This document shows, piece after piece, positions 18,874 through 29,300 of a stretch of DNA of 64,000 nucleotides. The notes below the pieces were generated by a model that saw only the letters and a list, made by a program, of their open reading frames with translations, did not search any database and had not been told where the DNA came from. Source of the DNA: Salpingoeca rosetta (Eukaryota; Protista; Choanoflagellata); NCBI GenBank assembly GCA_033442325.1, contig JAWQFM010000014.1:897792-961791 (forward strand). The letters are read 5' to 3'. The translations under genes and the position numbers were made by a program. Position 1 is the stretch's first letter, and each line of letters starts with the position of its first letter.

Positions 18874-19786
18874 AAACACACAAACACACAAACACACACC
18901 TGCGTGTGCGTACATGTGCAAGAGCGAGCAAACGTCACAGCACCACATCACACCACATCACGTTGCGTCAAGCAAATGTTTGCGACGACGTACGGGTAAA
19001 GGCGTTCTTCCATTCTTCAGCTTGCGGTTCCTCGGCGCTGCAAAAGCAGAGCTTGCGGCCGCCGGAATCGGTGACCACGATGCGGGTCGTCTCGGGGAAC
19101 TTCTTGGACCACTTGCCGAGCGCTGGCAGTGCACGCATCTCACACGTGTGAGAACACACTCATCAAAGCAGTGCAACAAACACGAGAGCACACACAAAGC
19201 ATGTATGCACGCACACGCACGCACAAGCACACACACGCACACGCACACGCACATTATAGCACGCACGCACACATGCATTGCTGTGCCAATCTGAAGACAC
19301 GACACACGTGATTGGAATCGTCAAACGAGCACGCGAGATCACGCACACATACACGCTCACACACCCTCGTACTCACGGGTGGCATCAGCGCCGGTGACGA
19401 TGTTTGTGGCCTTCATCATGATCATGGGAGACTTGTCTCTGGGGGTCTTGTAAATCTTGATGGTGCCTTTTGATGTGGTGGCAGCATTGCAGTTGAAGGC
19501 ATGAGCACACATGCACACTGCGATCGCAATCGCAACACTGCAATAAATTACATGCGAGCAGCCCACTAAACACTTCAAACAAGCCACACACAGACACGCA
19601 CAACACACACAGATACACACAACACACACACGCGCACAACTGCACACACTACACACACACACACACAAAACCAAACAAATCAAGCAGACCTGTGCCATCC
19701 ATGACGGCATGGGCAAACTTCCACTTCTTGAAGAGGCCCGTGCCGGGCATGAGAACGGCGTTCTCGTAAACAGCACCGCTCGACAT
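7330..19786 (-). CDS. PH + Pro/Ala-rich linker + DUF4062 + NACHT NTPase + WD40 repeats (TEP1/NWD-like STAND protein), >25 exons
   Basis: PH-like N-terminal exons (GLFKKWKFAHAVMDGT...TIKIYK...LCFCSAEEPQAEEWKNAF). DUF4062 motif RLFISSTFVDTHGERDVL...VDLRWGVS...CLNEIDRC...WFLGL. Walker A GPAGVGKS at ~15955-15980, Walker B VVVILDGL, then KWLPAQLPDNVRLIVTT and LPLYL. WD40 exons such as VVTCSWDKTIRFWN, IGSYDGKVRTF and AGDYAGTIRWID. ATG at 19786; the 3' end is uncertain. Confidence 0.85.
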
Positions 19787-20001
19787 GTCTGCGATCGTGG
19801 CCGTCTTCCAAGATGACATCAAGCAAGCAAGCAAGGGTGGTGGTGGATCCAGCTCAGTGCAAATCGATTTTGCTTCTCTTCAGTCAGACAGCGCAACAAA
19901 CACAACAACCAACAAAGCAACCTATCGTTGCTGAGTCAGCACAATTTTCATTGCCGCCAAAATTTGAAAAGCAACAGAACAACACAACAGCAACAGCAAC
20001 G
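19787..20001. promoter_or_regulatory. Probable bidirectional promoter between the NACHT-WD40 gene and kinesin-14
   Basis: Head-to-head ATGs at 19786 (-) and 20002 (+), about 215 bp apart. Confidence 0.6.
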
Positions 20002-20270
20002 ATGACGATCGGACGAGCCAACAGCGTGCGGGGAGGAACAAGCACGCTTACCTCGCGCACGCGGAGCGGGGGAAGCAAGGACATGGGAAACTCCACCACG
20101 GGCAGCAAGCTGCCCCGCACCAAGCCCACGACAAAGCGCGTGCCGCTGGCTGCGAGGAACACCTCGACAACCAGCGCCACCACAACTGCAAGCAAGTCGA
20201 CCGCAGACAAGAAGAAAACGGCGACCGGAGCCACACGCAAGCCTCTCGGGTATCGCACACATGGGTGTAC

Positions 20271-20321
<51 letters not shown>

Positions 20322-22122
20322 GTACATACATATGTATACACACAGATACAAACTACACGCGCACGCACACGCACACGTACATGCACTTTTGCGCATGAGC
20401 ATGGAGTGTGAAGGGGGAGGGAAGAATGTCCTCTTGGCATTTGGTGTCGTTTTTGTGTGTTGCGCAGACGCTGTTCCCTGTTTGCTGTTTGTGCATTTCA
20501 TCGTTCAACCAACTCATCATCACAACTATGCTTTGCGCCTTCTAACTCAATGTTCGCTGGTTCACCCCATGCAGCTCCGTGAACAACACGACTTCGCGTC
20601 TGAACAGAGCCTCGACCTTGCGCCAGTCAACCGCAAAGCGTACAGCAACGGTGAGTCAGCAGTGAGGAGTCAAATCATGGTGAAATGCCGCCTACACACT
20701 CGCGCATGCATTGAAACATGCATTGAAACATGGCCATTCACAGCTTATCCGTCCTTGCTGAGAACCTTGCTCGTTGCTTTGTGTCCCCGCCACTAGGCAC
20801 GAAGCTCTGCCACAACGACTTCGCGTTTTGGTGGGGCGGGTGCAAAGGCGGCCAAGACCACGGACAAGCCAAAGAGTAAGGCCGCCCTCAAGATTGAGGA
20901 GCTGGAGCAGGAGTGCACGCGCAAGGACGAGGCGTTTGCTCACCAAAAGTGCGTTCATGTTGTTGTTCTTTCGTGTGTGTGTGTGTGTGTGCGTGTGAAG
21001 GGGTATGTTCGTGCGCGCATGTGCGTGTGTGTGTATCGTGTGTCATGTATGTTCGTGCGCGTATGTGCGTGATGTGACAAGGTTGGCGCACATGCGCCGA
21101 TGTTTTCGCTCGATCATGATTGCTCACGCACGTTTTTACGGCTTGTGTTATCATCACACCCTATTCGACCATGCAGGCAAGCGTTCGAGCAGGAAAAGGA
21201 TACACTGAAGGCGGAGAACGAGCAGCTCGCCACAACATGCACTGAGCTCAAGTCCGATGTTGATCAGAAGCAGGTACGCATGTTGAGACTGTATCTTCTT
21301 CTTTTCGTTGCCGCTACGAACTTGTCAACCCAAGCCATGCCAACAACGGCACGAGCACAATCCACACACATGAGCACATGCACATGTACACGCGAGCATG
21401 AAGACATGTACACGCAAACACGCATGCACACGCATGTACACACGTACACACATACACCTGTTCACACACAGCCGCATGTTAATCCATGCATGCACAACAA
21501 CACGTGTCGCACAGACGCGTGGTGTTGAACTGTGGTGGCGTTGGCTCAAATCATTGTGCTTGCCATCGCATTCGCCTTCATACACACGCTGCCCTTCCTC
21601 CCCTTGTTCTTCTTCCTCTGTCTCTCCTTTGCCTGACTCGCCTTCTTCAATGTCGTCATCGCACTGCTCTTCGTTCTCTTCCTCCGCCTCCACCCCAACA
21701 TGGCGTACACACCCACACCATACAATCACAACACGTCATGATCCTACTCCTCCTACTCCTCCTCTTTCTTCTTCTTCTTCTTCTTCTTCTTCTTCTTCTT
21801 CTTCTTCTTCTTCTTCTTCTTCTTCTTCTTCTTCTTCTTCTTCTTCTTCTTCTTCTTCTTCTTCTCTGGTGTCGTTCTTTCTTCCGTTCTTCTCTCTTCC
21901 GTTCACTGGGAAGGCGGCCATTGTAGAGCTGCGCGAGACCGTGGACGACCTTCAAGGCAAGCAGTCCTCCCTCCTGCAGGAACTGGATGGCCTCCGCTCC
22001 CACCTCTCGCACGTCAGTATTGGTGCATGGCTCGCGGTGGTGGAATGGGTAGCTGTGGTGTCGAGTATGGAGTTGTGGTGGGTAAGCAGCTATGTGCACG
22101 TGGATGGAAACCATGGGCTTGC

Positions 22123-22163
<41 letters not shown>

Positions 22164-24762
22164 TACACACACACACACACACACACAATACGACACGTTT
22201 TGCTTGCACCCATGCACATGTGCACACATACACATACACACACACACTTGGCACCATCAGGCGACATCGACGATTGAGCAGCAGACGTCTGAGATCAAGG
22301 ATCTGCACGACAAAGTGGCTGCACTGGAGGCGTGTGTCAAGGAGCACGAGCAGCAGGCAATTGTCGACGAAGCAGAGCGGTAACAGCACATGAATGCAAG
22401 CACGCGTGACTTGGGACACTGTGGCGAGCAACCATGGTGGCAACATGTCGTATGTGGGTGCGCAGCAGTAGCTGTTTCTGTTTCCTTGTAGCTCTTCGCA
22501 TCGATTCGTCATGCCTTTCGTTCTGTGTGTGGGCTCATGGCACATCAACTTGTTTTACAGGCGCCGCCTGCACAACATGGTGCAAGAGCTCAAGGGCAAC
22601 GTGCGCGTGTTTTGTCGCGTGCGCCCCTTTCTCTCTGGCGAGGACGCATCAGCGGATGAACAGCCAGTCGCTTGCCTCGACGGCAAGGTGCGATGCTGAT
22701 GCTGATGATGCCAGGCTGCTGTGTCATGACATGCGCGCCTTTGCCCTCTGTGCGATTGACGTCAAGTTGTGGACAAGCGTGCCGCACATGCAGAATGACG
22801 AGACATGACGTGACGTGAGTGCGGGGCTCACACCACATTCCCGTGTGTTTGCTTTTTGCCTTGCAGGAGGTGTCCGTGACTGGCGCCACAGGGCCGACGG
22901 CGACGTTTGCTTTCGACAAGGTGGGCATCAGCGCCACATGCACGTGTACAAGGGCGCGATCATCCACAACGCCGTGGAACAGACCAATACCCTTGCCAGC
23001 TGTGCATGCAGTGCCAACGTATTTTCATCAATCAAGCTCACTGTTCATCCTTCCGCAATGGTCCTTTGTTCCTGGCAGGTGTTTGACCGCGACAGCACAC
23101 AAGCGCAAGTGTTTGAGGAGATTGAGCAGCTTGTGCAGTCCTCCATGGACGGCTACAACGTCTGCGTGTTTGCTTACGGCCAGGTTTGTTTCTCATGGGT
23201 GTGGAGTGTGTGTGTGTGTGTGGGGTGTGTGTGGAGGGGGGTTGTGTGTGTGTGTGTGTGTCTGTCTGTCTGTCTGTCTGTGTGTGTGTGCATTGGGGGG
23301 AGTGAGTGAGTGTGTGCTGTTGCTGTTGTTCTCGTGACTGACGGGCATATGGTCACACACTCACTTGATCGCAGACTGGAAGCGGCAAGACATACACCAT
23401 GCTTGGCGGCGATGACGAGGGATCACGTGGCATGATCCCACGCGCTGTTGAACAGGTGCATCACATTGCAGTTATGTGTGTGTGTGCGGATACGTATGTT
23501 CTCATGTGCACATTTGCTTCCATTCTACCGCGACGCATCAATCTGCTCCACTCGGTTTTCCTCACATCTCACACACACTAGCACGCACACACTCACTCGC
23601 ACGCACACACTCACTCGCACGCACACACTCACACGGACGACTGTGTCTGCAGCTTTTCCAGCGCCAAGCGGAGCTTGCTGCCAAGGGGTGGGAGTACACG
23701 TTCAAGGCCTCCATGCTGGAGATTTACAACGAGGAGCCACGTGACCTGCTTGCCACGCCGGGATCCGCCACCAAGCCAGTCATCTCCTGGACAGCGCCCG
23801 TCTCAAACCTCTCTGAGTTTGCCGTCACCGTTCCAGATGACGTGAGCGGCTGGAGTTTGGGGTGTAGTGTTGGGAATTGGTGTGTGTGTGGGGGGTGATT
23901 GTGTGCCTGTGCATGCGTTTGTTTGATGTTGTGTGCGTGTGCGTGCGTGTGTGTCTGTATGTCTGTGTGTAGGAGCGTTCTGCGTCTTGTGCCAGTGTCC
24001 GTGGTACGTCTCTGTCAGTGTCCGTGGTACGTCTCTGTCAGTGTCCGTGGTACGTCTCTGTCAGTGCCCGTGGTACGTCTCTGTTAGTGCCCGTGGTACG
24101 TCTCTGTTAGTGCCCGTGGTACGTCTCTGTTAGTGCCCGTGGTACGTCGTCTCACTGCTCCTTGACGCACACCAACTCACAAGCAAGCGCCGTTGTCTTT
24201 GCCCCTCTCCTACTCCCTCCCCTCCACTCTCTTTCAGGTGCACGAGCTGCTTCAGCGTGCAGAGACCAACAGGAGGACGGCCAAGACGGCGATGAACGCA
24301 CGCTCGTCCCGCAGCCACTCCGTCTTCCGCCTGCAGATTGCGGGTGAGAACAAGGCCGCGGGCGAGGTGTGCAACGCCACGCTCAACCTCATTGACCTGG
24401 CTGGCTCCGAGCGCATCAAGGTCTCCAAGGTGCAAGGAAAGGAGGAGAAAGAGGCCAAGTACATCAACAAGAGCCTGACCACCCTCAAGCGCGTCTTCAC
24501 AAAGCTCTCCCAGAAGGTATCCATGAGAGTGAGGGGTGGGACGAGATGGGAAAGGGCGGAAGATGGGAAATATGGGAGAATCGGGGATTGAGGAGGGCGA
24601 GTGAGTGCAATGCATTTTGTGGTTGCGGTTGGCAATCGCTCACCTGTGTGATACATCTTGACTCCTGAATGCTTTCCACCCACCACTAGGATGGGCATGT
24701 GCCCTTCCGTGACTCCAAGCTGACCATGCTCCTCAAGGACTCCATGTGCAACAACAGCAAGT

Positions 24763-24826
<64 letters not shown>

Positions 24827-25290
24827 TGGGTGTGTGTGTTGTGTGTGTGTGTGTGTGTGTCTGTGTGTGTGTGTGTGCATGCTTGTGGATGTTTGCTTCT
24901 TCTTGTGTGTGCGCGCGCTATTGCCGTCACGCCATTGTTCACTCACCCTGTGTCCTCTGGAACTGGCTTCTTTGCAATGCAGCCTGATGTTTGTGAACGT
25001 GGCGCCCACAGCCGCGTCCGCCAGCGAGACAAAGAACAGCCTTCGCTTCGCTGCAGAGGTAACATAAACTGAGGGACAACGTGTGCTTCTCTTGGCAAGC
25101 TGGTGGTACGAGTGTGCGATTTTGCTGCTGGTACGAATTTGCCGTCTGGCTGATGTGATGCATTCACGATTCTCCTCTCTCCCCCCCTCCCTCCCCTCCC
25201 TCCTCAATCGTCAATCCACAATGTTGTTGACAGGCCAACAAGTGCCACCTCGGCACAGCACGTGCCAACAGTGGCACCTCCTCCAAGTAG
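20002..25290 (+). CDS. Kinesin-14 (C-terminal motor, KIFC1/Ncd/Kar3-type), complete copy A
   Basis: Basic S/T-rich tail and coiled coil, then neck [24 protein letters not shown]-loop FAYGQ|[37 protein letters not shown] and VPFRDSKLT. Ends [17 protein letters not shown] at 25290. Confidence 0.93.
21765..21863. repeat. (TTC)n microsatellite in a kinesin intron (also at ~33660-33758)
   Basis: About 33 TTC units read directly. Confidence 0.95.
23994..24148. repeat. 23-bp intronic minisatellite (AGTGYCCGTGGTACGTCTCTGTY), 7 cores; 5 cores in copy B at 35951-36059
   Basis: GTGGTACGTC cores counted at 23-bp spacing. Confidence 0.9.
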
Positions 25291-25935
25291 ACACCTCCAA
25301 CAGCAACTTTGCCTGCCCCTTTTCTGAAGTCTTTGCATGGTGGTGGTGGTGGTGGTGGTGGTGGTGTTGTTGTGTTGTTGTTGTTGTTGTTGTTTAAGTT
25401 GTTTAAGTTGTTGTTGTTTAAGTTGTTGTTGTTTAAGTTGTTGTTGTTGTTGTTGTTGTTTAAGTTGTTTCAGTTGCTGTTGTTTAAGTTGTTGTTGTTT
25501 AAGTTGTTGTTGTTTAAGTTGTTGTTGTTTAAGTTGTTGTTGTTGTTGTTGCTGTTGTTCAGAAAACCTTGTGGTGGTGGTGGTGGTGGTGGTGAGTTCT
25601 TGCGTTTTGCGTTCTTACGTTGGTGACAACCTCGTAAACACTTAAACAGGAGAGGTGTTGAACGATGTGATTGTTGGAGAAAGGAGATCTCGAGTAGGTG
25701 CTGAGTGAGTGGCGCAGATTTGCAAACACTTGCATGTGCCACATGACTTTAGGTCACAGCGTCTGCCTCTTTGACACGGGTCCGTGCACATGCTTCGTTC
25801 TTGTACGACCAAGCTGTGGGCTTTGCTGCGGTTCATGCTCGGTCGGACACTCACTTGTTTGGCTCGAAACCAAACAATAATCGCGTTCAACACATACAAC
25901 AACACACAACGCAGAGAGCAGCACACACACACACA

Positions 25936-26084
<149 letters not shown>

Positions 26085-26305
26085 GGGGGGGGTGAGCAGT
26101 CTCCCTCGCTATTCCAGTGCGCATGATTGTAGAATGTCTCATGTGTCTCAGCAGTTCATTCTTTCATTCGTGAAATCGATTGTGGCTGTGCAAGGGAACA
26201 AAAGCCAGCAGGGGCAAAGTGGTTACAATAGACAATAGTGATGGTTGGAGGTTAGGAAAAGTGTGTACAAGGCGTAGTACTTGTGCAGCACACTCAACGC
26301 AGTGC

Positions 26306-29300
26306 TCAGCTCAGTGGCAACGCAAGCTCAGCCTCGTGCAACAGCTGGTCAATGCTGGGCTGCCCTTCCCATGGCTGCAAGGCCTTGTGCACGAAATGCT
26401 GCATACCTCGCGCGCGACGTAAGGTTGCTCGTGCACGTGGTTCTGGGTCCGATTCAGTCCTCGGCAGTCGACGATCACCTCGGTTTGCTTCGGCCTCAGT
26501 GTTGGAAGGCGCATGGCTGCGGTCTGCAGAGGGTCCGCCCAGCTGGGATTCCAGGCCATCAAGATCCTGGATGGACGACTCGAGGCGTCGCTTGCATTGC
26601 ACGTCTCTCATGACACTGCTCGCGCGCTGCAGGTGCTTGCTGGCTCTGTGCAATCCCGGCAAAAGGTACTGCTGGGAAAGGCCTGGCTTCAGCGGCCGAG
26701 TAGGGTGCTGCTGCACACAGCGCCGCAAGTTTGCAACACACTGTTTTGCAAGCGTGACTGCCTGGGCTGGAAAAGCACGTGCTAGCTCACTGGCTGCCTG
26801 TGCCTGTATCGTGCCCAGCTTGTGCCGCTCCGCCCTCGAGTGATCATTGGTCTCGACGAACGCTTCCAAAGGCTGTAGGATCGCCGCCCACTCAGTCTCG
26901 GGGTTCCCGCTGCTCCCACTGCTTGCCATTGTAGACCAGCTGGTGGCTGGCCGTGGGTGCGTGAAAATCAGTCGCAGCTGAGTTTTGAGAATGGCAACCT
27001 GTCCCCTGGAATCTGTGTAGCCTGACTCCTCCATGTCGTCGTCAAGCGAGTCCAGTACGCCGTACACAGAGTCGAACACGCCCTTGTTGCCACGCTCGTA
27101 CGTCATCTGGATCCATTTTGGCATCTGGCACAGGCCGTCACCCCCACTCTCATCAGCCGTCAGTAGCACCAGCCAGGGCTTTAAACTCAACCCGGCCTCG
27201 CAGACATCACGGAACGCCGCCTTCATACAGCGGACGATCTTCTGAGCGACAGCCCTGCGCACGTCGGTGGAAGCATACGCACCCTCTTGCAGAGCAGAGA
27301 GAACGATGCCGCGCGATCTCAGCAACGGGAACGCCCACAGCATCGACGTCAGCCGTTCCCGCCCACCAGTGCCATCATTGCGGCGTACGAGCCACTTCCA
27401 CATTGGTAGCTCCACGCCCGTGCCAGGAAGCCAAATGTCGCTGATGTCACATCCAGCCATCACCTCAAGTAGCGCAAGCCGCTGTAGGCGAGATTGGGTG
27501 TCTTCCGGGACGGCGGCAAAACAGCTCTTAAGCATGCGAAAGGCGGCGCAGCAGTTCCCCAGTGACACGGCTGCACTGAGCAATGTGACAGGCAGATGGT
27601 CTGGTGTGTTCTCCAGCTCCCGCACGCGCTGCTCGGCCTGGGGGCAGTGCGATGCGTAGTGCTTGATGAAGCGCGGCTTCTCTTCGTCGATCAAGAACGG
27701 ACAGAACATAAACTCAGAGGCACCATCACGGGACGCGACGTACCGCTGGCACAACTTCACGTAGAACAACACGAACAAAGCCCCTTTCCTCGCCATGCAC
27801 GACCTCACACAGCGATCAATGTCTGAAATTGCGCGGCTAATGTCTTGGTCGGCGAGCACGAGGACACGCCGCGTCGTGGTCGTCACATATTGCGAGAGCA
27901 AGTTTTGTAGCTGTGGGCCCACTTGCCGAAGGTCGCATGCGCGTGGCACCCAAACGCAGACGTCGTGTCGCCTCCTCTCAACAAATGCCCGCGCCACCCG
28001 CTGAAGGCTCGTGGTCACGCCGATACCTTGAAACGGCGCCTTCCCGTACACAAAGTGACTCGGTGAGCCTGCATGCTGTTGCTCATCAAAAATCGCGTCC
28101 AGTTGAGACAGTAACGACTCATCCTGCAACCGATCCACCGCGGCAGTGTCAACCAAGCTCCACGGCAACTGCGCCTCGTTGACACCATCAACCTCACCGC
28201 CGTCACTCTCGGAGCCGTCGACGGCCTCTGCTGCTGCCGATGTGGCCGGTACATCTCGTCTCCCTGCCAGAAACCGCTGCACACACGCATGACCCTCGCT
28301 TGTGGCGGGGTGTGGGCCGAGAAGCTGACTCTGGTGTGGCACAACCATGCAGTGACTGATGGGAGTTGTGGGTGCCGGCGTCGTGCAAGTGGCTTCACGC
28401 ACCACAGAAGAAGGTGGCTGCGCTTCAAGCAACGACGCCAAGGATGGCAAGAGCCTCACGTCTCTCACGCAGTGGTGCGGGGTGTCCGAGAGGTATCGCC
28501 GGAACATCTGCAGCGCGGCCTCCAGACGCCCTGGCTCTGTGTCAACAACGCTCACCCACACCTCCATGTCGGGTAGACTGCGACACAGCGCCTGCACACT
28601 TTCGGTTTCCAGCCCCAACGCCATGATGACACCGCTCGGTCCTTGCCATGGGATGTTGCCCACAGCATTCACGTCGAACACTTGCATCCAATCAGGGAAC
28701 CTTGCGCTGCGCGCGTCCACAACAACCGGCATGGGGTGCGCGCCGATGCTGGGTGGCCTGAACAGGAGATGTGGTGTTACTCGATGGCGATGAAACGCCC
28801 ACGCCGCGAAGGGGGTCAGGGCCACAACATGTTTGCCGTCCCATATGGGGCAGTCAAACTTGTCCATGTTCCATAAGACGGTCGGATGCCCAGATACACA
28901 GGCGCGCTTTGCATCGAATTCCACTTCAACTAGAATCAACGGCTCTCCCATGCAAAGGTCGTCATACTCGCGCACGCACAGCGGCACTTCCACCTCCTTC
29001 CCAGGCTTCTTGATCCGCCACCCACGCAACTTTTCATCACGAACCTCGAACACCCCTTTGGCTGTGCTCGCCAGCGCGCACCACTTTCGGTGGCCAGCAC
29101 CACCCCGTCCTGTAGCTTGTTGCCGCTCAGTCATCACCGCCCCTCTGAACAGCACCATTTTGTCCTGTCCAGTCGCCTTGGCCATGCGCCTAAAGTCGTC
29201 TTCCGAAAGCACGTACACCGTGTTGCCTTCGGCTTGCCACAGCTCTTCAATTTTCGGTGCCACTACCCTCTTCACTCGCACAATCACGTCAAGCTGGGGT

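Larger units (their letters stand above)
20973..25870 (+). repeat. Direct segmental repeat, copy A (~4.9 kb; kinesin intron 3 to 3' flank)
   Basis: Near-identical to 32867-37758. Homology starts in a (GT)n tract and ends at CACTTGTTTGGCTCGAAAC (25870 vs 37758). Confidence 0.92.

Noticed and set aside
7330-19786. Calling the NACHT-WD40 gene TEP1
   Set aside because: No TROVE/vWA region is visible and the N-terminus is PH-like, so orthology is unsupported.
23994-24148. 23-bp repeats as a CRISPR array
   Set aside because: The units are head-to-tail with no unique spacers, lie in an intron, and no cas genes are present.
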